Positions 47,871 to 58,247 of a stretch of DNA of 64,000 nucleotides are shown piece by piece; the first letter of the stretch is position 1, and every line of letters starts with the position of its first letter. Both the position numbers and the translations under genes were made by a program. The notes under the pieces were generated by a model. That model was not told the origin of the DNA and ran no database searches. It saw only the letters and a list, made by a program, of their open reading frames with translations. This DNA is from Escherichia coli (GTDB lineage Bacteria; Pseudomonadota; Gammaproteobacteria; Enterobacterales; Enterobacteriaceae): the NCBI RefSeq assembly GCF_050320075.1, contig NZ_CP190018.1; one strand, given 5' to 3'.

Positions 47871-49010
47871 ATGAGCGCGGGAAGCCCAAAATTCACCGTT
47901 CGCCGCATTGCGGCTTTGTCACTGGTTTCGCTATGGCTGGCAGGCTGTTCTGACACTTCAAATCCACCGGCACCGGTCAGCTCCGTTAATGGCAATGCGC
48001 CTGCAAATACCAATTCTGGTATGTTGATTACGCCGCCGCCGAAAATGGGAACGACGTCTACAGCGCAGCAACCGCAAATTCAGCCGGTACAGCAGCCACA
48101 AATTCAGGCTACTCAACAACCGCAAATCCAGCCAGTACAGCCAGTAGCTCAGCAGCCGGTACAGATGGAAAACGGACGCATCGTCTACAACCGTCAGTAT
48201 GGGAACATTCCGAAAGGCAGTTATAGCGGCAGTACCTATACCGTGAAAAAAGGCGACACACTTTTCTATATCGCCTGGATTACTGGCAACGATTTCCGTG
48301 ACCTTGCTCAGCGCAACAATATTCAGGCACCATACGCGCTGAACGTCGGTCAGACCTTACAGGTGGGTAATGCTTCCGGTACGCCAATCACTGGCGGAAA
48401 TGCCATTACCCAGGCCGATGCAGCAGAGCAAGGAGTTGTGATCAAGCCTGCACAAAATTCCACCGTTGCTGTTGCTTCGCAACCGACAATTACGTATTCT
48501 GAGTCTTCGGGTGAACAGAGTGCTAACAAAATGTTGCCGAACAACAAGCCAACTGCGACCACGGTCACAGCGCCTGTAACGGTACCAACAGCAAGCACAA
48601 CCGAGCCGACTGTCAGCAGTACATCAACCAGTACGCCTATCTCCACCTGGCGCTGGCCGACTGAGGGCAAAGTGATCGAAACCTTTGGCGCTTCTGAGGG
48701 GGGCAACAAGGGGATTGATATCGCGGGCAGCAAAGGACAGGCAATTATCGCGACCGCAGATGGCCGCGTTGTTTATGCCGGTAACGCGCTGCGCGGCTAC
48801 GGTAATCTGATTATCATCAAACATAATGATGATTACCTGAGTGCCTACGCCCATAACGACACAATGCTGGTCCGGGAACAACAAGAAGTGAAGGCGGGGC
48901 AAAAAATAGCAACCATGGGTAGCACCGGAACCAGTTCAACACGCTTGCATTTTGAAATTCGTTACAAGGGGAAATCCGTAAACCCGCTGCGTTATTTGCC
49001 GCAGCGATAA
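47871..49010 (+). CDS. nlpD: murein hydrolase activator lipoprotein NlpD (LysM plus degenerate M23 peptidase domain)
   Basis: 379-aa ORF with lipobox LAGC and Q/P-rich repeats (QQPQIQ); precedes rpoS. Confidence 0.95.
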   Translation: MSAGSPKFTVRRIAALSLVSLWLAGCSDTSNPPAPVSSVNGNAPANTNSGMLITPPPKMGTTSTAQQPQIQPVQQPQIQATQQPQIQPVQPVAQQPVQMENGRIVYNRQYGNIPKGSYSGSTYTVKKGDTLFYIAWITGNDFRDLAQRNNIQAPYALNVGQTLQVGNASGTPITGGNAITQADAAEQGVVIKPAQNSTVAVASQPTITYSESSGEQSANKMLPNNKPTATTVTAPVTVPTASTTEPTVSSTSTSTPISTWRWPTEGKVIETFGASEGGNKGIDIAGSKGQAIIATADGRVVYAGNALRGYGNLIIIKHNDDYLSAYAHNDTMLVREQQEVKAGQKIATMGSTGTSSTRLHFEIRYKGKSVNPLRYLPQR

Positions 49011-49072
49011 ATCGGCGGAACCAGGCTTTTGCTTGAATGTTCCGTCAAGGGATCACGGGTAGGAGCCACCTT

Positions 49073-50065
49073 ATGAGTCAGAATACGCTGAAAGTTCATG
49101 ATTTAAATGAAGATGCGGAATTTGATGAGAACGGAGTTGAGGTTTTTGACGAAAAGGCCTTAGTAGAAGAGGAACCCAGTGATAACGATTTGGCCGAAGA
49201 GGAACTGTTATCGCAGGGAGCCACACAGCGTGTGTTGGACGCGACTCAGCTTTACCTTGGTGAGATTGGTTATTCACCACTGTTAACGGCCGAAGAAGAA
49301 GTTTATTTTGCGCGTCGCGCACTGCGTGGAGATGTTGCCTCCCGCCGCCGGATGATCGAGAGTAACTTGCGTCTGGTGGTAAAAATTGCCCGCCGTTATG
49401 GCAATCGTGGTCTGGCGTTGCTGGACCTGATCGAAGAGGGCAACCTGGGGCTGATCCGCGCGGTAGAGAAGTTTGACCCGGAACGTGGTTTCCGCTTCTC
49501 AACATACGCAACCTGGTGGATTCGCCAGACGATCGAACGGGCGATTATGAACCAAACCCGTACTATTCGTTTGCCGATTCACATCGTAAAGGAGCTGAAC
49601 GTTTACCTGCGAACCGCACGCGAGTTGTCCCATAAACTGGACCACGAACCAAGTGCGGAAGAGATCGCAGAGCAACTGGATAAGCCAGTTGATGACGTCA
49701 GCCGTATGCTTCGTCTTAACGAGCGCATTACCTCGGTAGACACCCCGCTGGGTGGTGATTCCGAAAAAGCGTTGCTGGACATCCTGGCCGATGAAAAAGA
49801 GAACGGTCCGGAAGATACCACGCAAGATGACGATATGAAGCAGAGCATCGTCAAATGGCTGTTCGAGCTGAACGCCAAACAGCGTGAAGTACTGGCACGT
49901 CGATTCGGTTTGCTGGGGTACGAAGCGGCAACACTGGAAGATGTAGGTCGTGAAATTGGCCTCACCCGTGAACGTGTTCGCCAGATTCAGGTTGAAGGCC
50001 TGCGCCGTTTGCGCGAAATCCTGCAAACGCAGGGGCTGAATATCGAAGCGCTGTTCCGCGAGTAA
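49073..50065 (+). CDS. rpoS: RNA polymerase sigma factor RpoS (sigma-38); start at [13 protein letters not shown]
   Basis: 330 aa; sigma-70 family regions 2 to 4. Confidence 0.97.
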   Translation: MSQNTLKVHDLNEDAEFDENGVEVFDEKALVEEEPSDNDLAEEELLSQGATQRVLDATQLYLGEIGYSPLLTAEEEVYFARRALRGDVASRRRMIESNLRLVVKIARRYGNRGLALLDLIEEGNLGLIRAVEKFDPERGFRFSTYATWWIRQTIERAIMNQTRTIRLPIHIVKELNVYLRTARELSHKLDHEPSAEEIAEQLDKPVDDVSRMLRLNERITSVDTPLGGDSEKALLDILADEKENGPEDTTQDDDMKQSIVKWLFELNAKQREVLARRFGLLGYEAATLEDVGREIGLTRERVRQIQVEGLRRLREILQTQGLNIEALFRE

Positions 50066-50083
50066 GTAAGCATCTGTCAGAAA

Positions 50084-50114
50084 GGCCAGTCTCAAGCGAG
50101 GCTGGCCTTTTTTC
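50084..50114 (+). terminator. rho-independent terminator of rpoS
   Basis: GGCCAGtctcaagcgaggCTGGCC followed by tttttt. Confidence 0.85.
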
Positions 50115-50142
50115 TTTTGTTTGGGAAGCATGTGTTTTTGTG

Positions 50143-50180
50143 GGCTGGATAAGCCGCGATAGCGTCGCATCCGGCAATTT
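50143..50180. repeat. REP-like palindromic element downstream of rpoS
   Basis: ggataagccgcgatagcgtcgcatccggca: REP-type GCCGGATG-like arms. Confidence 0.55.
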
Positions 50181-50185
50181 GCACC

Positions 50186-50593
50186 CTATGTGTTCATCAT
50201 CTTGCGCACCAACTGCATAAACAGCTCCTGCTCTTCTGCACTCAAACGCCCCAAAAATTCCTCATCCACGCTGTCACCAATGGGGATCGCCGCAGCAAGT
50301 ACCTTTTCTCCTTCGGCAGTCAGCCAGACAAAGCGTCGCCGCTTGTCAGCGGCGTCATGTTCACGTCTGACTAAGCCACGATTTTCCATTCTTGCCAACA
50401 TTTCTGCCAGCGTTGCTTTGGTGCTGACTGCTGCTTCTATCAGTGCCACCTGTTCGATACCAGGCTTATCAGCAATGGCGCGCATCACCGCGTACTGTGG
50501 TTTGGTGAGGTCAGGTAACTCGTGCTGCCAGCGAGCCGTGTGCTGCTGAAAAAGCTGTCGTAACTGATGGAACGCTTTATTTCGTAACGCCAT
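50186..50593 (-). CDS. MarR/SlyA-family transcriptional regulator; start at MALRNKAF preceded by ggag
   Basis: winged-helix MarR-like sequence; divergent from the decarboxylase operon; ORF-track start at 50626 lacks a ribosome-binding site. Confidence 0.8.
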   Translation of the reverse strand: MALRNKAFHQLRQLFQQHTARWQHELPDLTKPQYAVMRAIADKPGIEQVALIEAAVSTKATLAEMLARMENRGLVRREHDAADKRRRFVWLTAEGEKVLAAAIPIGDSVDEEFLGRLSAEEQELFMQLVRKMMNT

Positions 50594-50739
50594 GTAAACT
50601 CCGGGCAAACTATCTGCCGCTATCATAGCGGTTTTTCAGTGACGAAGAAGATGTTGTTACTTTTCAGTGCTTGCCGCGATGAAAACAGAGGCGTATTTTA
50701 ATAATAACGTTCGTATACGAACAATTAAGAGAATAAACA

Positions 50740-51333
50740 ATGAGACTGATCGTCGGGATGACAGGGGCCACCGGAGCGCCTCTTGGTGTGGCATTACTGC
50801 AAGCGCTGCGGGAGATGCCGAATGTCGAGACTCATCTGGTGATGTCGAAGTGGGCGAAAACCACCATTGAACTGGAAACGCCTTACAACGCCCGCGATGT
50901 TGCTGCCCTCGCAGACTTCTGCCATAACCCGGCGGATCAGGCCGCAACCATCTCCTCAGGTTCCTTTCGTACCGACGGCATGATCGTTATTCCGTGCAGT
51001 ATGAAAACGCTCGCCGGTATCCGTGCCGGTTACGCCGATGGCCTGGTAGGGCGCGCGGCGGACGTCGTGCTCAAAGAAGGCCGCAAACTAGTGCTGGTGC
51101 CGCGTGAAATGCCGCTTAGCACCATCCATCTCGAAAATATGCTCGCACTTTCACGCATGGGCGTGGCGATGGTGCCGCCGATGCCTGCCTTTTATAACCA
51201 TCCCGAAACGGTAGATGACATTGTCCACCACGTGGTAGCCCGCGTGCTGGATCAATTTGGCCTCGAACATCCTCACGCCAGGCGCTGGCAAGGATTGCCG
51301 CAGGCCCGGAATTTTTCTCAGGAGAATGAATAA
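50740..51333 (+). CDS. UbiX/Pad1-family flavin prenyltransferase (decarboxylase B subunit)
   Basis: 197-aa ORF MRLIVGMTGATGAPLGVALLQAL... typical of UbiX flavoproteins. Confidence 0.88.
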   Translation: MRLIVGMTGATGAPLGVALLQALREMPNVETHLVMSKWAKTTIELETPYNARDVAALADFCHNPADQAATISSGSFRTDGMIVIPCSMKTLAGIRAGYADGLVGRAADVVLKEGRKLVLVPREMPLSTIHLENMLALSRMGVAMVPPMPAFYNHPETVDDIVHHVVARVLDQFGLEHPHARRWQGLPQARNFSQENE

Positions 51334-52760
51334 TGGCATTTGATGATTTACGCAGCTTTTTACAGGCGCTTGATGACCACGGCCAGTTACTGAAAATCAG
51401 CGAAGAGGTGAACGCGGAACCGGATCTGGCAGCCGCTGCCAACGCCACCGGACGTATCGGCGATGTTGCACCGGCGCTGTGGTTTGACAATATTCGCGGC
51501 TTTATCGATGCCCGCGTGGCAATGAACACCATCGGTTCCTGGCAGAACCACGCGATTTCCCTCGGCCTGCCGCCAAACACCCCGGTTAAAAAACAGATTG
51601 ATGAGTTTATCCGCCGCTGGGATAACTTCCCCATTGCCCCGGAGCGCCGCGCCAATCCAGCCTGGGCGCAGAACACCGTCGATGGCGACGAGATCAACCT
51701 GTTCGATATTCTGCCTCTGTTTCGTTTAAACGACGGTGATGGCGGTTTCTATCTCGACAAAGCGTGCGTGGTTTCCCGCGATCCGCTTGATCCGGATAAC
51801 TTCGGCAAGCAGAACGTCGGCATCTACCGTATGGAAGTGAAGGGTAAGCGTAAGCTCGGTCTGCAACCGGTGCCGATGCACGATATCGCCCTGCATCTGC
51901 ATAAAGCGGAAGAACGCGGTGAAGATCTGCCGATTGCCATCACACTCGGTAACGATCCGATCATCACCCTGATGGGGGCCACGCCGCTGAAATATGATCA
52001 GTCCGAGTACGAAATGGCAGGCGCGCTGCGTGAAAGCCCGTACCCGATCGCCACCGCCCCGCTGACTGGTTTTGATGTGCCGTGGGGTTCAGAAGTGATC
52101 CTCGAAGGGGTCATCGAAAGCCGTAAACGCGAAATCGAAGGGCCGTTTGGTGAGTTTACCGGGCACTACTCCGGCGGGCGTAACATGACCGTGGTGCGTA
52201 TCGATAAAGTCTCTTATCGCAGCAAACCCATTTTTGAATCGCTCTATCTCGGGATGCCGTGGACGGAAATCGACTACCTGATGGGGCCAGCCACCTGCGT
52301 GCCGCTGTATCAGCAACTGAAAGCCGAGTTCCCGGAAGTGCAGGCGGTAAATGCCATGTACACCCACGGCCTGCTGGCGATTATCTCCACCAAAAAACGC
52401 TACGGTGGCTTTGCCCGCGCGGTGGGCCTGCGTGCGATGACCACGCCACACGGTCTGGGCTACGTGAAGATGGTGATTATGGTCGATGAAGACGTTGATC
52501 CGTTCAACCTGCCGCAGGTGATGTGGGCGCTCTCTTCGAAAGTGAACCCGGCAGGGGATTTGGTGCAGTTGCCGAATATGTCCGTGCTGGAACTCGACCC
52601 CGGCTCAAGCCCGGCCGGTATCACCGACAAGCTGATTATCGACGCCACCACGCCTGTCGCCCCGGACAACCGTGGTCACTACAGCCAGCCGGTGGTGGAT
52701 TTACCGGAAACCAAAGCCTGGGCTGAAAAACTGACCGCTATGCTGGCCGCACGTAAATAA
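51333..52760 (+). CDS. UbiD-family (prenylated-FMN-dependent) aromatic acid decarboxylase (C subunit)
   Basis: 475-aa ORF, UbiD-like; start overlaps the stop of the UbiX-like gene. Confidence 0.88.
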   Translation: MAFDDLRSFLQALDDHGQLLKISEEVNAEPDLAAAANATGRIGDVAPALWFDNIRGFIDARVAMNTIGSWQNHAISLGLPPNTPVKKQIDEFIRRWDNFPIAPERRANPAWAQNTVDGDEINLFDILPLFRLNDGDGGFYLDKACVVSRDPLDPDNFGKQNVGIYRMEVKGKRKLGLQPVPMHDIALHLHKAEERGEDLPIAITLGNDPIITLMGATPLKYDQSEYEMAGALRESPYPIATAPLTGFDVPWGSEVILEGVIESRKREIEGPFGEFTGHYSGGRNMTVVRIDKVSYRSKPIFESLYLGMPWTEIDYLMGPATCVPLYQQLKAEFPEVQAVNAMYTHGLLAIISTKKRYGGFARAVGLRAMTTPHGLGYVKMVIMVDEDVDPFNLPQVMWALSSKVNPAGDLVQLPNMSVLELDPGSSPAGITDKLIIDATTPVAPDNRGHYSQPVVDLPETKAWAEKLTAMLAARK

Positions 52761-52770
52761 GGAGAACAAG

Positions 52771-53007
52771 ATGATTTGTCCACGTTGTGCTGATGAACAG
52801 ATTGAAGTGATGGCGAAATCGCCGGTAAAAGATGTCTGGACGGTCTACCAGTGCCAGCATTGCCTCTATACCTGGCGCGATACCGAACCGCTACGCCGCA
52901 CCAGCCGCGAACATTATCCCGAAGCGTTCCGCATGACACAGAAAGATATTGATGACGCGCCGATGGTGCCGAGCATCCCGCCGCTGCTGGCGGAAGGTAA
53001 GCGCTAA
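52771..53007 (+). CDS. small Zn-ribbon-type subunit of the hydroxyarylic acid decarboxylase (D subunit)
   Basis: 78-aa ORF with CPRC ... CQHC cysteine pairs, directly downstream of the UbiD-like gene. Confidence 0.75.
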   Translation: MICPRCADEQIEVMAKSPVKDVWTVYQCQHCLYTWRDTEPLRRTSREHYPEAFRMTQKDIDDAPMVPSIPPLLAEGKR

Positions 53008-53010
53008 ATA

Positions 53011-53039
53011 AAAGGTCCGATGCCCATCGGACCTTTTTA
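53011..53039. terminator. bidirectional terminator between the convergent decarboxylase operon and ygbN
   Basis: aaaaGGTCCGATGcccATCGGACCttttt. Confidence 0.8.
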
Positions 53040-53045
53040 TTAAGG

Positions 53046-54410
53046 TCAAATTACCGCCCATACGCACCAGGTAATTAAGAATCCGGTAAAACCGAGAATG
53101 GTCGTTAACACTGTCCAGGTTTTCAGACCGTCTGCTACCGATAACCCCAGATATTTGGTCACAATCCAGAACCCTGAGTCATTAATATGTGACGCGCCAA
53201 GCCCACCAAAGCAGGCTGCCAGCGTCACCAATACGCACTGAATCGGATTCAATCCCATCACCGCTTCTGAGAGTAACCCGCCGGTTGTCAGGATTGCTAC
53301 GGTTGCTGACCCCTGCGATGCACGCAGCGCCAGTGAAATAATAAATGCGGCTGGTAACAGAGGCAGGTCAATCATTTGTAGCATGTTGGCAAGGGCTTTG
53401 CCGACGCCCGATTCCACCAGCACTTTGCCAAATACCCCTCCAGCACCAGTAACCAAAATCACTACCGCCGCGGTGGGAAGGGCTGAGCCCATAATGTCGC
53501 TGGTGTGTTGTAAGCTCCAGCCGCGACGTAAAGCCAATAACCAGAATGCCAGCACCAGCGCAATCATTAGAGCTACCATTGGTGAGCCGATCAGCTGTAG
53601 CGTACCAAGCAGGGGATGCGAAGGCGGCATCAGTGTTGCGGAAACCGTACCCGCCATGATAATCGCGATAGGAATAACAATTAGCGAGGTGACCAGCGCG
53701 ACGCCCGGTGGATTTATTTTATCGCTTAATTTTGTCGCGCCTTCCTCACTGGCCGGAGCCAGTTGCATCTGTTCCAGTACTTCCACCGACATCGCATATT
53801 GGCGCTTATTGATTATTTTCGCTGCAAAGTAGCCAACAATCCCTACGGGAATAGAAATCGCAATACCGATGATGGTTAGCCAGCCGATGTCTGCGTGGAG
53901 TAACCCCGCTGCGGCGACAGGGCCTGGATGCGGCGGTACCGCCACATGAACAGTTAGCATGATTCCAGCGACAGGCAGGCCAAATTTGAGTGGCGATATT
54001 TTGGCAACCTTGGCAAAACCGTAAATGATTGGCGCAAGAATAATAAAGCCGACATCAAAGAAGACGGGAATACCGAGGAAGAACGCTGCCAGAGTCAGCG
54101 CAGCGATAGTTCGTTTGTCACCTAACTTGCGACTGAAATAATTAGCCAGTGACTCTGCACCACCAGAGTGTTCGATCATACGCCCCAGCATAGCGCCCAG
54201 ACCAATAATAATAGTGACGGAACCAAGCACACCGCCCATCCCGGCGATCATCACTTTACCCACTTCGCCCGCCGGTATACCCGCCGCAAGTGCGACTAAC
54301 AGGCTGACGAGGAGCAGAGCAACGAATGGTTGTACCTTTGCCTTGATGACCAGCAGCAACAGCATGATTACGCCAGTTAACGCAATGCATAACAATGTAA
54401 TTGTGGACAT
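53046..54410 (-). CDS. ygbN: GntP-family permease
   Basis: 454-aa hydrophobic ORF, GntP-like. Confidence 0.85.
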   Translation of the reverse strand: MSTITLLCIALTGVIMLLLLVIKAKVQPFVALLLVSLLVALAAGIPAGEVGKVMIAGMGGVLGSVTIIIGLGAMLGRMIEHSGGAESLANYFSRKLGDKRTIAALTLAAFFLGIPVFFDVGFIILAPIIYGFAKVAKISPLKFGLPVAGIMLTVHVAVPPHPGPVAAAGLLHADIGWLTIIGIAISIPVGIVGYFAAKIINKRQYAMSVEVLEQMQLAPASEEGATKLSDKINPPGVALVTSLIVIPIAIIMAGTVSATLMPPSHPLLGTLQLIGSPMVALMIALVLAFWLLALRRGWSLQHTSDIMGSALPTAAVVILVTGAGGVFGKVLVESGVGKALANMLQMIDLPLLPAAFIISLALRASQGSATVAILTTGGLLSEAVMGLNPIQCVLVTLAACFGGLGASHINDSGFWIVTKYLGLSVADGLKTWTVLTTILGFTGFLITWCVWAVI

Positions 54411-54498
54411 GGGAAACCCTGTCTGAAAGTTATAGTTAACCTACCCCATCCGTAGATGGGGGGATGTATGGGTACTTTGTAATTAGGGATTTAACGAA

Positions 54499-55275
54499 TT
54501 AGCGCCAGGCGTCAAACCAGCCAAGCCCTTCTTCGGTGAGGCCACGAGGTTTATATTCACAACCGATCCAGCCCTGATATCCCACCTCATCGAACAGGCG
54601 GAACAGCCACGGATAGTTGATTTCTCCATCGTCCGGTTCATGTCGATCAGGTAGTCCGGCAATTTGTACGTGCGCATATTTCCCGGCGTAGTCGCGGATT
54701 AAATGCGTCAGGTTGCCATCTACTTTTTGCGCATGAAAAGTATCTAGTTGAATAAACACGTTATCTCGTGCAACTTCTTCAACAATAGCCAGTGCCTGAT
54801 ACTGGCTGGAGAAGAGATAATGAGGCTTAACGCCGGGGCTGAGTGCTTCAACTAATATTCGCTTGCCGTGTGGCGCAAAGCGGTCGGCAGCGTAGCGGAG
54901 ATTATCGATAAATACTGCCCTGTACCGTTCAGCATCTTCGCCAGCGGGCACGACGCCTGCCATCACATGGACTTGTTCACAATTGAGCGCCAATGCATAT
55001 TCCAGTGCCAGGTCGATGTCTGCGTGTGCTTCGTGCTCACGTCCGGGAAGGGCGGATAATCCCCATTCCCCCGCATTAATATCTCCGGGAGCGGTATTGA
55101 ACAGCGCCAGTGTCAGATGGTTTTGCTCCAGTTGCTTTTGGATTTGCAGGGTGGAGTAGTCATAGGGAAACAGAAATTCCACAGCATCGAACCCGGCTTT
55201 TCGCGCTGCGGCGAAGCGTTCAATAAAAGGCACTTCGGTGAACATCATGGATAAATTAGCTGCAAAACGAGGCAT
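54499..55275 (-). CDS. ygbM: hydroxypyruvate-isomerase-like TIM-barrel isomerase (2-oxo-tetronate isomerase OtnI-type)
   Basis: 258-aa ORF; xylose-isomerase-like TIM barrel; operon context. Confidence 0.8.
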   Translation of the reverse strand: MPRFAANLSMMFTEVPFIERFAAARKAGFDAVEFLFPYDYSTLQIQKQLEQNHLTLALFNTAPGDINAGEWGLSALPGREHEAHADIDLALEYALALNCEQVHVMAGVVPAGEDAERYRAVFIDNLRYAADRFAPHGKRILVEALSPGVKPHYLFSSQYQALAIVEEVARDNVFIQLDTFHAQKVDGNLTHLIRDYAGKYAHVQIAGLPDRHEPDDGEINYPWLFRLFDEVGYQGWIGCEYKPRGLTEEGLGWFDAWR

Positions 55276-55279
55276 TGCA

Positions 55280-55918
55280 TTAACTCCTTAATTCCGCAAT
55301 TTCACCTGCGGTCAGATAACGGATCGGGCGGTCACCGAGAATAAAAATCAGCTTTGCCGTTTCCTCCAGCTCTTCCATATTGTTGGCGGCTTCTTGCAGG
55401 CTTTCACCGCAAACCACTGGGCCATGATTTGCCAGTAAAAAAGCCTGATTGTCTGCTGCCAGTTCCGCCAGATCCTGTGCGATGCGTTTATCGCCCGGTC
55501 GGTAATAAGGCACCAGCGGGACATTTCCCATCCGCATCACCACGTATGGTGTGAACGGACGAATAACGTTGCTGCTGTCCAGCCCTTGCAGGCAGGAAAG
55601 CGCCGTCGACCATGTGCTGTGCAAATGCACCACCGCTTTACAGCGCGGATTGTTGCGATACAGCGCCAGATGAAAGAGCACCTCTTTCGAGGGTTTGTCA
55701 CCACTTAACCATTCGCCATCCGCGGCGACTTTGGAAAGCCGCTGCGGATCGAGATTGCCCAGGCATGAACCTGTCGGTGTCGCCAGTAAATTCCCGTCAG
55801 GTAAAAGCAGCGACAGATTGCCAGCCGAACCGGTTGCATAGCCGCGCTGAAAGAATGAACTGGCAATCCGCGTCATCTCCTCTCGCAAAGACTGCTCTAC
55901 TTTTGCGAAATCGCTCAT
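55280..55918 (-). CDS. ygbL: class II aldolase/adducin-family protein (3-oxo-tetronate 4-phosphate decarboxylase OtnC-type)
   Basis: 212-aa ORF; operon context. Confidence 0.8.
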   Translation of the reverse strand: MSDFAKVEQSLREEMTRIASSFFQRGYATGSAGNLSLLLPDGNLLATPTGSCLGNLDPQRLSKVAADGEWLSGDKPSKEVLFHLALYRNNPRCKAVVHLHSTWSTALSCLQGLDSSNVIRPFTPYVVMRMGNVPLVPYYRPGDKRIAQDLAELAADNQAFLLANHGPVVCGESLQEAANNMEELEETAKLIFILGDRPIRYLTAGEIAELRS

Positions 55919-57177
55919 GATAAAAACTCTCTTTGGGCTCGTGAAAAAAAGGCTTCATCACCGAAGTTGCCAGATTTAAGGGCGAGTGAGACAGGTTTAT
56001 CCAGTGCGTTTACCCACGGCACGCCGGGAGAAATGGTTGGGCCAATATGAAACCCTTTTATTCCCAGGCTCTGTGTGACTACGCCGGAGGTCTCACCGCC
56101 TGCGACAATAAAGCGTGTCACGCCTTCCGCTGCTAACCGCGCCGCTAGTTGAGAAAACAGTGTTTCTACTGCCTGACTGGCTTTTTGTGCACCGTATTGC
56201 TGTTGAATTGCTGCCAATGCGTCAGTGCTGGCGGTGGCAAAAACCAGTGGAGCAAGTACACTTTCCTGGCCCAGAACCCACTCTGCCAGTTCGTGTGCAT
56301 AAGCGGCCAGAGTTTCAATTGAGAGGCAGCGTGCCACATCAACTTCACGGGCTGGTGCAATTTGACGGTAATGTGCTACCTGGCGGTTGGTCATTTGAGA
56401 GCATGAACCGGAGAGCACTACGCCGCGCCCAGCGAGCGGATGCCCTGCTTTGCGAGCCTGGTTACCGTTTTCTTGCGCCCACTGCCGGGCAAGGCCAATC
56501 GCCAGACCAGAACCGCCCGTTACCAGTGGGGTATCGCGCAAGGCTTCTCCCTGAATTTCCAGATGGTGTTCGGTCAGCGCATCAAGCACCGCGTAGCGGT
56601 AGCCCTCTTGCTGTAAGCGAGCCAGCTCTTGACGAACGGCATCCACACCTTGTTCGAAAACATGTGCCGAAACGACGCCGCAGCGCCCTGTGGATTGCGC
56701 TTCAACCAGACGGGGAAGATAGCTGTCGGTCATGGGATTTACCGGGTGATGGCGCATCCCGGATTCGGCCAGCAGTTGATTCATTACGAACAAATACCCC
56801 TGATAAACCGTACGTCCGTTGACCGGCAGGGCCGGAGAGAAGACCGTAAACGGCGTGTCGAGAGCATCCATTAATGCATCGGTAACCGGGCCGATATTAC
56901 CTTTCGCCGAACTGTCGAAAGTAGAGCAGTATTTGAAATAGATCTGTTTGCAACCTTGCTGTTGCAACCAGCTCAGTGCCGCCAGCGATTGCTGTGTGGC
57001 TTCAACCACCGGACAGGAACGCGTTTTCAGGCTGATCACCAGTGCGTCGATTGCTTCCGGCATTTTACCTGTTGGAACACCGTTAATTTGTACCGTTGGT
57101 AGACCGTTTTCCACCAGAAAACTGGCGATATCCGTCGCGCCGGTAAAATCATCGGCGATAACGCCAATCTTGATCAT
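55915..57177 (-). CDS. ygbK: DUF1537-family four-carbon acid-sugar kinase (OtnK-type)
   Basis: 420-aa ORF; overlapping stop/start with flanking genes. Confidence 0.8.
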   Translation of the reverse strand: MIKIGVIADDFTGATDIASFLVENGLPTVQINGVPTGKMPEAIDALVISLKTRSCPVVEATQQSLAALSWLQQQGCKQIYFKYCSTFDSSAKGNIGPVTDALMDALDTPFTVFSPALPVNGRTVYQGYLFVMNQLLAESGMRHHPVNPMTDSYLPRLVEAQSTGRCGVVSAHVFEQGVDAVRQELARLQQEGYRYAVLDALTEHHLEIQGEALRDTPLVTGGSGLAIGLARQWAQENGNQARKAGHPLAGRGVVLSGSCSQMTNRQVAHYRQIAPAREVDVARCLSIETLAAYAHELAEWVLGQESVLAPLVFATASTDALAAIQQQYGAQKASQAVETLFSQLAARLAAEGVTRFIVAGGETSGVVTQSLGIKGFHIGPTISPGVPWVNALDKPVSLALKSGNFGDEAFFSRAQREFLS

Positions 57178-58082
57178 GATTTCGCTCCCGGTAGAGTGAT
57201 GCCAGAGAAAATCTTGATAACTGCGCTATCGTCTTCTTTCCCGTAACCCGCGTTACTGGCGCTGGTGAACATATTCAATGCTGTTGAGGCCAATGGCAGC
57301 GGGAAGTGCAGGGCTTTGGCTGTATCGGCAACCAGACCAAGATCCTTAACAAAAATATCGACGGCTGAATGCGGGGTGTAATCGCCATCCACCACATGAC
57401 GCATCCGGTTTTCGAACATCCAGGAATTTCCGGCGGCATTGGTCACGACGTCATACATCACATCCAGCGGGATCCCCGCACGGGCTGCAAGTGCCATCGC
57501 TTCGGCTCCGGCAGCAATATGTACGCCCGCTAACAACTGGTGAATAATTTTTACGGTCGAACCTAGTCCCGGTTCTGCACCTATGCGATAAACTTTTCCG
57601 GCAACGGCTTCCAGCACGGGTGCCAGTCGTTCAAAGGCAATATCGCTACCGGAGGCCATGACAGTCATTTCACCGTTAGCGGCTTTTACTGCACCACCAG
57701 AAACTGGCGCATCCAGCATTTCCAGATCGAATCCAGCCAGAGCGGTAGCAATTTCTTGCGCATCAGCACTAGCGATAGTGGAAGAAACCATTACTGCCGT
57801 ACCGGGTTTCAGATGTTGTGCAACGCCTGTTTCACCAAACAGCACCTGTTTAACCTGGGCCGCATTGACCACCAGCACCAGCAGAGCGTCCAGTTTTTCG
57901 GCAAACGTCGCGGCGTTATCAGAAACCCCGCAAGCACCTGCCTCTTTCAACGTAGCGCAGGCATTGCTGTTCAGGTCTGCGCCCCAGGTAGAAAGACCTG
58001 CGCGGACACATGACAGTGCTGCTCCCATTCCCATTGACCCTAAGCCAACGATACCGACATGAAACTCAGATCCCGTTTTCAT
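57174..58082 (-). CDS. ygbJ: NAD-dependent 3-hydroxyisobutyrate-dehydrogenase-family enzyme (L-threonate dehydrogenase LtnD-type)
   Basis: 302-aa ORF with N-terminal GLGSMGMGAA Rossmann motif. Confidence 0.85.
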   Translation of the reverse strand: MKTGSEFHVGIVGLGSMGMGAALSCVRAGLSTWGADLNSNACATLKEAGACGVSDNAATFAEKLDALLVLVVNAAQVKQVLFGETGVAQHLKPGTAVMVSSTIASADAQEIATALAGFDLEMLDAPVSGGAVKAANGEMTVMASGSDIAFERLAPVLEAVAGKVYRIGAEPGLGSTVKIIHQLLAGVHIAAGAEAMALAARAGIPLDVMYDVVTNAAGNSWMFENRMRHVVDGDYTPHSAVDIFVKDLGLVADTAKALHFPLPLASTALNMFTSASNAGYGKEDDSAVIKIFSGITLPGAKS

Positions 58083-58247
58083 CTGCTCTCCTTGTTAATT
58101 TAAGTGATATTTTGTTTGATATTGTGAATATAGGCGCTGGAAGATAACGATATGGTGAGCTGATTCACAAAAATTAACATTGTGTGTTATTTTATGTGAA
58201 CTAAGCGTTAGTTGCGCCGCGCACGTTTCGCAGGCAAATAGCGTAGA

